From the human T2T-CHM13v2.0 reference genome, Homo sapiens: a stretch of DNA of 64,000 nucleotides. This document shows positions 51,910 through 64,000 of this stretch, piece by piece (the stretch's first letter is position 1; each line of letters starts with the position of its first letter). The notes under the pieces are model-generated. The model was not told the origin of the DNA. It was given only the letters and a program-made list of their open reading frames with translations, and made no database searches. The translations under genes were made by a program, and so were the position numbers. The stretch spans positions 35,296,001 through 35,360,000 of the forward strand of contig CP068257.2 in assembly GCA_009914755.4 (NCBI GenBank), in the 5' to 3' direction.

Positions 51910-52256
51910 TTTTTTGTTTGGGATTTTTTTTTTTTTTTCTGAAGACAGGGTCTTGCTTTGTCACCCAGACTGGAGTGCAATGGCTCAATCATAGCTCACT
52001 GTAGCTTCAAACTCCGGGGCTCAAGTGAACCTCCCGGGATCAAGTGACCCTCCCGCCTCACCCTCCAGAGTAGCTGGGACTACAGGCGCGTGCCACCACG
52101 CCGACCTAAGTGTTTTTTTTGTTTTGTTTTGTTTTTGGTAGAGAGGGGTCTAGCTATGTTGCCCAGGCTGGTCTCCATCTCCTGGGCTCAAAGCTGTCCT
52201 CCCTCCTAGGCCTCCCAGAGTGCAGTGATTACAGGCATAAGCCACCGCTCCCGGCC
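51910..52256 (-). mobile_element. Alu SINE abutting the CpG island
   Basis: Poly(T) head, gaagacagggtcttgctttgtcacccagactggagtgcaatggctcaatcatagctcactg..., T-rich linker 52110-52135, ...ggtagagaggggtctagctatgttgcccaggctggtctcc...tacaggcataagccaccgctcccggcc. Confidence 0.88.
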
Positions 52257-52259
52257 CGC

Positions 52260-53420
52260 CACAGCTGTCTCTCCTGGTTCACGGTCACCCAAACGCCGGC
52301 TCGAAGTGTGGGAGAGGAGGTTGGGGGCGACCCCAGGTGGGCACTGCTGGCGTCCGGCTGTCAATCCACAGCTCACGTCCTCACAGGTGCGCGCCTAGAG
52401 TCACGCGTCCAGCACCGCCCGGCTGGCCGGGAAGAGGCGACCGGGTCCGTGGTCCGAGTCCCGCACCTCCGGCCTCTCTCTGGGCCCCGGGGCAACAGCC
52501 CCTCCCGGGCCGCACAGGCCGCACTGAGGGCGCCACTCCGGGGCTCCTGAACTCCCGGGCTGCCGGCGGGGACGAGGCGCAGGGACGGGGGCACTTCCGG
52601 CTCGCGGGGCCCGGGTCGCCCGCCCGCCCGACCCGCCCACCTGGCTGTCGCTGACGCAGAAGACGCGGCCGCCACGGCTCAGGCACACGCGGGCGCCCGG
52701 GGGCTGCGCGGCCGCGCCGCAGAAGGTGAAGGAACAGCGCGAGGCACGCAGCCGCCGCACCGTGGCGCGCACGAGCTCAGCCGGCCGGCGACCCCAGCGC
52801 GCCCACAGGTACAGGTAGCACAGCGTGATGAGCATGGCCGCGCCGCCGGCAGGGCGAGCCCGCCTCGCCCGCCCGCCCCAGCGCCCCAGGCCCGGCCCCG
52901 CCCCGGCCGGAAGGGCCGCACCGCCCCCCCGGGCCAGGCGGCGCGGGGGTGGGGACGGCGGGGGAGGCGGGGACCCGGAAGGTGACGCGGGCAACTGGAG
53001 GCTGCGGCGGGAGGGGCGGGGGGGGGGTGAGGCCGCGCCCGGCTGTGTGATGGGGAGCTCCGGAGGCCGCGCCCAGGGCTGGTGGCGGCGGCGAGGGGCA
53101 GCGCTGGGGCGGGGGGTGTGCACCGGGGTCAGGGGACGCCGGGGCTGCACCCGGAGAGGGGGCTCGAGGGAGTGGAGGCCGGGGTGCGGGGCCGCGCCAG
53201 GGCTGAGGAGTGGGATGGGTATGTTGTGGATGCGGGGGAGGGGAGGCTCCAGTGGCTGCCCGACCTGTTTAAGCCAAGTCCGGCCTCCCTTCCTTGGAGG
53301 GGTGGGAGGCGGATTGAGGAGGGGGCTCTGCCTATGTTCATAGCTGCCAAGGTCAACCTTTAGTAACCAGCAGCACACCGGGAGTCCCAGAGCGCTCCAC
53401 AGCCGCTACCCAGTCGACTT
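52260..53420 (-). promoter_or_regulatory. HLCS: CpG island (~1.15 kb, very GC/CpG-rich, multiple GC boxes); candidate alternative promoter/first exon of HLCS
   Basis: Dense CpG throughout (e.g. gcgcgccgcagaaggtg..., ccgcccgccccagcgcccc, ggggcgggg motifs); lies ~27.6 kb upstream (gene sense) of the HLCS start-codon exon on the same strand; contains an ATG-initiated ORF ending in a consensus splice donor. Confidence 0.7.
52641..52835 (-). other. HLCS: Candidate first coding exon segment (ATG 52835..52833, 65 codons, donor CAG|gtgggc at 52641)
   Basis: Minus strand gcggccATGCTCATCACGCTGTGCTAC... encodes MLITLCYLYLWARWGRRPAELVRATVRRLRASRCSFTFCGAAAQPPGARVCLSRGGRVFCVSDSQ, then gtgggcgggtcgggc (GT donor); first in-frame ATG of the island in the gene direction; coding status not established (GC-rich regions give long ORFs by chance). 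Confidence 0.35.
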
Positions 53421-53764
53421 GGGAAAATAAGATAAGGCCGTTTTTATTAAATTATACTAAGCCTTCATGCAAAAGATTTTAAGGTCAATCACATACATTC
53501 ACGGGATGCAATAATGTTTTTTTAAATAAGGACAGGAAACAGAAATTGAAGACAGATAAGCACCAAGAAGGCTGCCTCTAAAAAGGCTGTGCCAGGAAGG
53601 CTCCCTATGGTGTTCTTGCTACATGTGGGTCAACAGTTTGACTGTAAGCATCCTAACACCAGTGGGAAAAGGAAAACATCACCATGATTTGGTGTTCTTG
53701 TCTCCAAGGGAAGCATAATTAGTCCTGACACAGAGGCTTCTCCCATAGAACCTCATTTCTTTAA

Positions 53765-54221
<457 letters not shown>

Positions 54222-54230
54222 TAGATTTTT

Positions 54231-54489
54231 TTTAAGAGACAAGGTCTCGTTCTGTCGCCCAGGCTGGAGTGCAGTGGCATAATCACAGCTCTCTGCAGCT
54301 TCGAACTCTGAGCTGAAGTGATCTTCCTGGCCACCATGCCCAGCTAATTTTTTAGAAATTATTTTTCATAGAGACAGGGTCTCGCTGTGTCACCCAGGCT
54401 GGTCTCAAACTCCTGGTCTCAAGCAGTCAAACTCCTGCCTGGATCTCCCAAAGTGCTGGGATTACAAGTTTGAGCCATGGCGCCTAGCC
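54231..54489 (-). mobile_element. Alu SINE with internal deletion, inserted at the same target site as the previous Alu
   Basis: tttttttaagagacaaggtctcgttctgtcgcccaggctggagtgcagtggcataatcacagc...|...agagacagggtctcgctgtgtcacccaggctggtctcaaactcc...gggattacaagtttgagccatggcgcctagcc; the target site (t)a(g/a)gatagatttt is present three times (about 53911, 54218, 54494). Confidence 0.85.
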
Positions 54490-55514
54490 ATAAAGATAGA
54501 TTTTTAAAGTACCTTGGCCATTTGTTCATGTGCTTTAATATAGCTGCATAGAATACCCACTCCCAGAACTTCAGACTTTTGGTTAGATAACATAGTATAT
54601 TTTCCCCCTTGCATATAGCGATAGATTTTTAAAAGAGAGAAAATCCAAAAAGAAATAACTGGGCTTAAAAGCAAGCATCTCTGTGGACCAGAAATAGAAG
54701 AAAAACAAAGTGATAAACAGGACTAAAGCCATATCCTACATTTCTCTACAGGACAGTGGCAGCTGGAAAGTGGGTTCCTGCATGGTAACAAGACCTTAAA
54801 ATTGTGTCACTGGAGAAGGACGTGCAGTTCCCGCTGAGGAGAGACTTGGCCACTCCAGGACAACACAGGACTACAAGTCAGGAATTTGAAGATGAAAAGT
54901 GCTCAACAGTGATAAATCCTAAATGTTTCACTGAACAACCTTTCAGATAGCCTTCTTGAAGTTTGCTGAATTATGGCTATAAGGACCACTCCCCACCCCT
55001 GCTAGGTATGGAGAGGTCATCTCCTCTATCTGAAGGTGACCAACATCTCCAGTTTTTCCAAATTCCCTAAGGGTTTTGAGACCACACCTTCCCACAGGTA
55101 CTGTAACTCCACCTGGCCAATAGGAATTTTCTAGGTTTACCCTTAGGTGTTTCGAGATATGGTCTCAGAATACATCATGGGAAAATTACATTTTGGGGTC
55201 AATCCTGTATACCAATTCTAGGTTAAAAGCATGGGGACCACCATGGTTCAACATGAGCTGACCCTTGCATTGAAGAGTACTGATACCATTCATGCCTGGG
55301 GAAGGAATAGAGGGAGGAAGATATGAAGGGCACAGTGAGAAGTGAAACAGTCACATAACAAGCTCTGTTTATGATCCCGCCCTAAAATGATTTCATTTTG
55401 CAAAGGTCAAGGATAGAGTTGAGTTTCATCACCCCTATATAACAAAGGAATAGGGGAAGGATGCAAAAATAATACACCAAGGGATATTAATGTGTATGCA
55501 CCTGATCCTCATCC

Positions 55515-55690
55515 TGTAGTCCCTCACTGCTCAAAGTGTGGTCCTTAGAGCAGCAGCAGCAGCATCACTTGGAAGCTCGCAAGAAAAGCGGAATCCTAGG
55601 CCCCACCCAACCCCAAATCAGCGTCTGCATTTTGACAAAATCCCAGGAGACTCACAAACACATTAAAGTTAGAGAAGCACTGCTAACATC
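55515..55690 (+). mobile_element. MER5-like hAT DNA-transposon fragment
   Basis: ctcaaagtgtggtcc...agcagcagcagcatcacttggaagctcgcaagaaaagcggaatcctaggccccacccaaccccaaatcagcgtctgcattttgacaaaatcccaggagactcacaaacacattaaagttagagaagcactg resembles the MER5 consensus. Confidence 0.45.
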
Positions 55691-55780
55691 TTCCTCTGTC
55701 ATTCCCTGGGTCTGGGCTACTCTAGACTCTAATAAGACATTTCCAAAATGATGTGGAAAATAAGACCACAGACTAGGGAT

Positions 55781-56072
<292 letters not shown>

Positions 56073-56430
56073 TAGGGATTTAGAAGCAAGACTTTGTCAT
56101 TTATAAGAACACTGCAGAAAGGAACAAGAATGACCCAGCTAGCCACTGAAGACCACCTCTGAAACCCATCAACATGACCGGCTTTCTATAGGAAAAGTCT
56201 CCACAGACTCAAAAAGTCTCTAGTTTCTTGCCCTTAGGAAGGCATGCCCTGGGAATAATAGTTTGGGGACAAGAGAGAGTAGAGTGTTTACTGTCCTATC
56301 CCCCATTAAATACATGGCAGAACTTCCCCAGGGAAAGCCTATCATACTGACATTAACTCAGTACCTGTTTGAACTTGGAGAGCATTCAGAATTCTCATCA
56401 GTCAAATGGCCAGAGCTGAGAAGGATAGCT

Positions 56431-56863
56431 TGTTTTGTTTGTTTTTGAGACAGGGTCTTGCTATGTCACCCAGGCTGGAGGGCAGTGGTGCAATCCCGAC
56501 TCACTGCAGCCTCGACCTCGTGGGCTCAAGCAATCCTCCCTCCTCAGTTTCCCAAAGTGTTGGGATTACAGGCATGAGCCACCACACCTGGCTAATTTTT
56601 GTATTTTTTGTAGAGACAAGGTTTTACCCTGTTGCCCAGGCTGGTTTCCAACTCCTGAGCTCAAGCCATCTGCCCACCTTAGCCTCCCAAAGTTGTGGGA
56701 TTATAGGCACATGCCACCACACCTGGCTAATTTTTATATTTTTTTGTAGAGACAGGATTTTGCCATGTTGCCCAGGCTTGTCTCGAACTCCTGGATTCAA
56801 GCAATCTACCCGCCTCGGCCTCCCAAAGTACCGGGATTACAAGCGTGAGCCACTGTGCCCGGC
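56431..56863 (-). mobile_element. Alu SINE with a duplicated left monomer (or an Alu plus an adjacent partial Alu)
   Basis: gagacagggtcttgctatgtcacccaggctggagggcagtggtgcaatcc... then two consecutive copies of ...gtagagaca(a/g)g(g/a)ttttaccctgttgcccaggctggt...ctcccaaagt...gggattat/caagc...gccaccacacctggc / ...gtgagccactgtgcccggcc. Confidence 0.85.
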
Positions 56864-56906
56864 CTGGGATACTTTCTAAGAACCAAGGAACTATGTAGAA
56901 AATCTT

Positions 56907-57282
<376 letters not shown>

Positions 57283-57715
57283 TCAAGCAAAAAGTAATTT
57301 TATTTTGTTAATCAAAATAAAGAGAAAAGTAGACAATATTTAGAGCATCAAAAGAATTTAAATTAGAACATCTTGAACTATTGGAAATATGCATTTGAAC
57401 TCATGTCTTTAAGAGGAAAATAATTATCTTTCCTAGCTCTTTCACTGAGATGGCCTCAGAGTAGCCTTACCCCAAGATGCACCTGAGTGCTCAGATTCTT
57501 GAATGGGTGCTCTTCTCCTCATTACAAGGAACTAGAAATCCTTGGAGAAATCACTGATTCTGGTGTTCAAGAGATACCAGATAAGCTGGAACATCTTATG
57601 CTAGGAAGCAGGAGAAGCTTCAAAGAAAAATAGGTCCAGGCAGAAGGATGCAGGAGACAAGCTAGAAGTGCCAAATCAGGACGATTTGAGTATCAAATTG
57701 AAATACACCCAATTA

Positions 57716-58111
<396 letters not shown>

Positions 58112-58526
58112 TTACTGCTGAGTCTCGTTATTTGGTTATGTTTGTATTGATTCATTTGTTGTATTGATAAAGATTAGTAGGTGGCAAATTCTGCCTTTAG
58201 AAGGTTGTTTGTGACCCAAGAGGGCATCAATACAAAGACCCTAAAGCTGGGATTCCGAAGCACAGAGTCGCGGGAGAGAACCAAAGCTCATCGCATCTGG
58301 TTTAAGACTCCTTCAGAGTTGGATCAGCCTAAAAACAGGACATGGTACAAGATTTTATTCATTCCAAAGATTGTAAAAATTAAATTCATCCTGAGAATTT
58401 ATCAGTCTATGTGGGAGCTACAGACTTCTATGAGCAAGCAGAGGTAAGTAATGTTCTAACTTCAACTAAAAGAGGCTAAGAGATCATCTTCCTTCTTTTG
58501 AATTTAATTTTTTTATTATTATTTTA

Positions 58527-58640
58527 AAAGACAGGGTCTTGCCCTACCACCCAGGCTGCTCTTGAACCCCTAACCTCAAGCTGTCCTCCTGCCTCAGCCT
58601 CCCAAAGCATTGGGATTACAGGCATGTGTTGTGCCTGGCC
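58527..58640 (-). mobile_element. Alu left-monomer fragment (FLAM-like)
   Basis: aaagacagggtcttgccctaccacccaggctgctcttgaacccctaacctcaagctgtcctcctgcctcagcctcccaaagcattgggattacaggcatgtgttgtgcctggcc. Confidence 0.75.
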
Positions 58641-59126
58641 TCACCCTCCTTGAGATTTCAGAATTGTTGACAGAATGACAATAAGTAGGATTCACTGTCT
58701 CCTTAAAGACTGAGGAAAGAAACCCAGTGAAACCTCTGATGGACAATGGCCTCAGTTAACTAGGACAGTAACTGTACAGTATCCATCTCCTAATCCAGTA
58801 AAACTGAGTTACATATAGAAAGGCTTGAAAGAAGCAAAGCCATAGATTTATATTTCTGTATTAATAAGGAATCTATGCATATTTTTGGTCTTATATATAC
58901 TTGAAGTGTGTTAGAGTATGTGGCTGTTTTAAGTACATTCTTATAACTAATTTGAAATGGGTACTTCTATATTGAAATCTTACTGAGTTTATGAATAGTA
59001 TTGAAACATCTAAGGGAATATTATTAGGTTTGCCATATTAATATACTGAATCTGCTAGATTGATAAGAATTATATAATCAGGCCACTGAAATGTATAAAA
59101 AGGAAATTTAATTTAAAAAGGACTTG

Positions 59127-59428
59127 GGGGCAGACACAGTGGCTCATGCCTGTAATCCCAACAGTTTGGGAGGCCAAAGTGGGAGGATCATTTGAGTCCA
59201 GAAGTTCATGACCAGCGTGGGCAACACAGGGAAACCCCATCTCTATGAAAAAAAAAAACAAAAACATTTTTTTAAATTAGCCAAGCATGGTGGTGCATGC
59301 CTGTGGTGACAGCTTCTCAGGAGGCTGAGGTAGGAGGATCACTTGAGCCCAGAAGGTCAAGGCTTCAGTGAGCTGTGATCGCACCACTGGTCTCCAGCCT
59401 CAGCGACAGAGAAAGATCCTGTCTTTTT
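59127..59428 (+). mobile_element. Old Alu (J-type) followed by a 26-nt poly(T) instead of poly(A)
   Basis: gggcagacacagtggctcatgcctgtaatcccaacagtttgggaggccaaagtgggaggatcatttgagtccagaagttcatgacc...gtgagctgtgatcgcaccactggtctccagcctcagcgacagagaaagatcctgtct then tttttttttttttttttttttttttt. Confidence 0.8.
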
Positions 59429-59459
59429 TTTTTTTTTTTTTTTTTTTAGCAGCTCTGGA

Positions 59460-59720
59460 ATGAGAATAGGTATTTGTAACACACATAACTGATAAAGGAT
59501 TCATATCTAGAATATACAAAGAACTCCAAATCAATGAGGAAAAGTCAGAAAACCAAAAAAGGAGGACAGCTAAAGCTGAAAAAGCACTTCAAAAACAGAC
59601 TGTACCCAGCTAGCTGTCTGATAAACATGAAAAAGTATGCAGTCTCAAAGTAGGTCCAAATTAAGACCTTCATGAGAATTGGTATACACCCATCGGTTTG
59701 GCAGAAATCCCCTTCTCAAG
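59460..59720 (+). mobile_element. Old L1 ORF2 fragment (weak)
   Basis: ggattcatatctagaatatacaaagaactccaaatcaatgaggaaaag...atgaaaaagtatgcagtctcaaagtaggtccaaattaagaccttcatgagaattggtatacacccatcggtttggcagaaatcc resembles a diverged L1 ORF2 3' region. Confidence 0.4.
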
Positions 59721-59867
59721 CCCTGGAATTCTGGGCTCTACCCCCATTGCTCAAAGATCTGACCATTTTCCATTTCCATCCCTTCCATCTTTCTGCAGTA
59801 CCTGGCATTCCTGACCATGCTATTTCTACCAATCAACAAAAACTACTAGATACTCAGAGGGGATTTA

Positions 59868-60422
<555 letters not shown>

Positions 60423-60690
60423 TCAGCAGGGGAAGAAGGTGGAAAAATACTGTAGCCGCTCCACACCTCCAGCCCAACGCCCCATGGCGGAACTTCACTA
60501 GAGGCCCCACGGCAGAAGAGCCTCCAGGAACCTCCTTGTGGACCAGAGGAGAGAGATAGAGAGGCGGCAGGAGGCAAGGGTGTGTCTAAGACAAACAGGC
60601 CACGGCCAGCCCCTGGCCTTCCTGAAACTCCTCCCTTGGGTTCTTTTAAAATTCAATATTCTGCTTCTGTTCCAGGGTTAATGGGCTGAA

Positions 60691-61120
60691 CTGTGTCCCC
60701 CCAAATTCTAATGTTGAAGTTCTAACCCCCAGTACCTCAGAATGGGACTGCATCAGGAGACAGGTACTTTAAAATAGTCATTAAGGTAAAATGAGGTCAC
60801 CACCTAATCTGTTATGACTGGTATCCTTATAAGGATAAAATAGTCATTAAGGTGAAATGAGGTCATCACCTAATCTGTTATGACTGGTATCCTTATAAGG
60901 AGAGGAGACTAGACACAGACATGCACAGGGGGACAATCCTGTAAGGACAAAGGGAGAAGACAGCCATCTCCAAGCCAAGGAGAGAGGCCTCAGGAGAAAC
61001 CAACCCCGCCCACACCTTCATCTTGGACTTCTAGCTTCCAGAACTGGGGAAATGAATTTCTGTTGTTGAAGCCCCAGTCTGCAATACTTAGTTATAGCAG
61101 CCCTTACGAACCAGCACATC
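60691..61120 (+). mobile_element. MaLR LTR (MLT1-like) containing a 66-bp internal tandem duplication
   Basis: tgtgtccccccaaattctaatgttgaagttctaacccccagtacctcagaatgggactgcatcaggagacaggtac...gtatccttataagga(t/g)a...gacacagacatgcacagggggacaatcctgtaaggacaaagggagaagacagccatctccaagccaaggagagaggcctcaggagaaaccaaccc...cttggacttctagcttccagaactggggaaatgaatttctgttgttgaagccccagtctgcaatacttagttatagcagccc; duplication 60771-60835 / 60836-60901. Confidence 0.7.
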
Positions 61121-61779
61121 CAAGTTCTCCGTCTCTGTCTATAACCCCTCTCTCAACTGTCGGCCATAAGTGAGCCTCTGCCCCCAACTTCTGGCCTCCT
61201 CTATGTTCTCTTCCTTGGTGACCTCTGGCAGTGACGCTCAGTCCTCATGGCCAGCTCTGGCCTCTCCCAGGCTCTGGCGCCACAATCATCTCTTCCACTT
61301 GTCTCTGCTTGGATAGTCTGTCAGCATCTCAAAGGCAACATGAATAAAACCAAATGCATTTTTTCCTCCCACAAATTATCTCTTTATCCTGATTTCTCTT
61401 ATCTCTGTTCATGACTTGTTCACCTTTTCACTAGGACCCAGAATTCATGCATCTTGGAGTCCCAACTTCTCCAGCCCCTGTGTCTTGTTTATTTCCATAG
61501 CAGTTGGTAGGCGGGACCTCCGCACAGTCTCACATGGTCCCTTCTTTCTAGTCCAGGCCCAGCTCAGCCCTCACCAGAACAGGCACTAGCACGACAGCCT
61601 GCTGGATGATTCCCGGTGCCCGTCCCCTGTTTCCCACGGTTCTGCCTCATCCAGCACACTCTGCACTTGACTGCCTAAAGCACAGCGCTCATCCCATCAC
61701 TCCTGCTTCTCAAACTCCTGCAGTGCCTGCCCCCACCCCAGAAAGTGCAGGCAGTCTTGCCTGGCATTCAAGACCTTCC

Positions 61780-61995
61780 ACTGAGCCTAAGCAACATAGT
61801 GAGACCCCATCTCTACAAAAAATTTAAAAATTAGCCAGGCATGGTGGCACGTGCCTATAGCCCCAGCTACTTGGGAGGCTGAGGCGGGAGAACTGCTGGA
61901 GCCCGGGAGTTCCAGGATGTAGTGATCCATGTTCATACCACTGCACTCCAGCCTGGGCAACAGAAGAGACCCCATCTCTAAAAAGAAAAGAAAAA
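61780..61995 (+). mobile_element. Alu SINE, 5'-truncated, with TSD
   Basis: ctgagcctaagcaacatagtgagaccccatctctacaaaaaatttaaaaattagccaggcatggtggcacgtgcctatagccccagctacttgggaggctgaggcgggag...; TSD agaccttcca. Confidence 0.85.
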
Positions 61996-62569
61996 GACCT
62001 TCCATTGGACCCACCTAACCGGGTCTCCCTCCTTGGCAGCCATTCACTTATTCCACGTTCATTCTGCACCTCCTGCACACGAGGTGCTATGCCAATTACT
62101 GGATACATTTAATCCCTCAACAACTCTGCATGGTGACCATTATTGTCCCCATCTTGCAAAGGAAGAAACTGAATTTTAGAACAGTTGAATTTTAGAACTT
62201 GAGCTCCCATAATTAGGTGGGGAAACTGATGTTTGAATTTGTGTCCTTTTGGCCCCAAAGTCCTTCTCTGGATAAACTAGGCAACCAAGAGCAAAGAATG
62301 CTCTATACCCGACAAAAATAGAAATGAAACTCAAGATCCAAGACGCAAGAGTGGCAGAAGGTTCAAGGTGCACCACTGCCAGCCCTGACAGCCTTTGTAT
62401 CCAGGTCAGTTGAACAGGCCGGGATTGTCCCCAACTTGGACACATCTAAAAAGCTGCAGGTGGGATGTCATCAAAATCACCTGGGAAAACAACCTGCTCT
62501 GAAAACAGAGGCATGATCCAAAAGACAAAGAGGTTTGTGATACCCTTTCTGTACAATAGCTGACTATCA

Positions 62570-62892
<323 letters not shown>

Positions 62893-64000
62893 TCAAAGAA
62901 CTCTCTGTACTATTTCTCTTTTGTAAGCCTAAAATTATTTCAAAATAATAGGTGATAAAAATTAGAAGGTGACATTCCACTGAATTTCATCAGCACTCCT
63001 TTTTTCCCCTCTTCCGAACCAGCCATGTGATCTTAAGCAAATTATCTCATCTCTCTAGGTCACAGTTTTTCAACTTAGGAAAAAAAAGAGGGACACAAGC
63101 CAGATCATCTCTAACTTCCCCTCCATCTCTCAAATTCTGTGGTCCTCATACATTTACAATATGATGCAATCTACAAACATTTGATATTGGTGCTCTCTTA
63201 TTCACCTTCATATCCCTGGTATTTAGCATTGTGCCTATACATAGTAGGTGCTCACTGAAAGTTTTTGCAACTACCTCAAAAACTGAGGTTCATACCTCAG
63301 TTTGTAAAGTGACGTAGAACTGCTAGCTCTTTTACCTAGTTGACCACTAGAGAGCGAAGTGGTCACAAATTTTTTCTCTGTTAAAAGCAAATTTATCTTC
63401 GTCCAGCAGAGGGGAGTGGTCCTTTATATTTCAGGCATGTAAAAATCAGGTCCTGGTTGGGCGAAGGGAGACATCTGTGAGCAGTTTCCTGCCTATCAGA
63501 CAGGCCCTCCAGAGGGGTGATCAGTACCATAAGCTTCCAGGTAAGCACATGGGGCCACTGCCCCCACCCTCCAAAACACCCTCAAAAGTCTAAACCACCT
63601 CAATGGATGGGAGATTGCTCTGCAAATGGGGGAGCCCCACTCCTAATACGTTCATCATTGTCTTCCTAACAATCGTGACTCATTTCTTGAACAACTGTTT
63701 CACTTTTAAAGGGTTTGCACAGAGGCAGCTTTAAGAGGTCAAATAAATGAATGTGGAAGGAAATTAAAACTTTTACAACCACATGAAAAAGGCATTAGCC
63801 AGTCATCCTGCCCAGCAGCCCAATATTGAGCCTGTGTGAGTTGCCGTTTGTGTAGTGAAGCAATAGAGGCCATGGTCTGGAATCAGAAACCCTGGGTTCA
63901 GATACTGCCTCTGACCCCCCAACTCCCCAACAAAATGCACACATTCAGTGGCCATGTGACCAGGGCAAATGCCTCTCGTTCCACAGCTCCAATGCAGGAA

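Noticed and set aside
52825-53343. 172-aa plus-strand ORF (Gly/Arg-rich) in the CpG island
   Set aside because: Compositional artefact of the GC-rich island with no splice or homology support. It overlaps the opposite-strand candidate exon.
52401-53378. 325-aa minus-strand ORF spanning the whole CpG island
   Set aside because: It is proline/arginine/alanine/glycine low complexity typical of stop-codon-poor GC-rich DNA, its listed start is a non-ATG codon, and it runs through the consensus GT donor at 52641. Only its last 65 codons (ATG 52835 to the donor) are considered a candidate exon, and even that is unproven.

Overview
This window is primate (human-type) genomic DNA, not a prokaryotic locus. 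There are no operons, CRISPR arrays or defence-system architecture; the periodic ~300-bp repeats are Alu SINEs. The ORF track calls TTG/CTG/GTG starts as M (for example ORF 16265..16777 begins with TTG), so most listed ORFs are not real.

The one clear gene is the 5' coding part of holocarboxylase synthetase (HLCS, biotin-protein ligase) on the minus strand. Three coding exons are present and match my recollection of the human HLCS protein: a short exon carrying Met1 and Met7 (CDS 25024..25075), the large N-terminal exon (22641..23584, carrying Met58 and the codons of known pathogenic variants R183, L216 and L237), and exon 16448..16630 (V333-E393). All splice junctions are GT/AG with consistent phase.

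About 27.6 kb upstream in the gene sense, a ~1.15-kb CpG island (52260..53420) contains a candidate first coding exon on the HLCS strand (ATG at 52835, 65 codons, donor CAG|gtgggc at 52641). I interpret it as a candidate alternative HLCS promoter / N-terminal-extension exon.

The remainder is repeat-rich intron. About 53 Alu insertions make up roughly a quarter of the window, ~3:1 in the plus orientation (antisense to HLCS), and many have intact target-site duplications. There is also an old L1 (27.6-29.7 kb, riddled with Alus) plus further L1 3' ends, MaLR LTRs, MIRs, a MER5-like hAT fragment and simple repeats.

Things worth a second look:
- an intronic segment that retains CpGs but is not GC-rich (19860..20640)
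- an ~88-bp direct repeat bracketing a coding exon
- Alus lying within 25-60 bp of HLCS splice sites
- an Alu insertion hotspot with triplicated target-site duplications
- a possible antisense exon with consensus splice sites (45349..45458)
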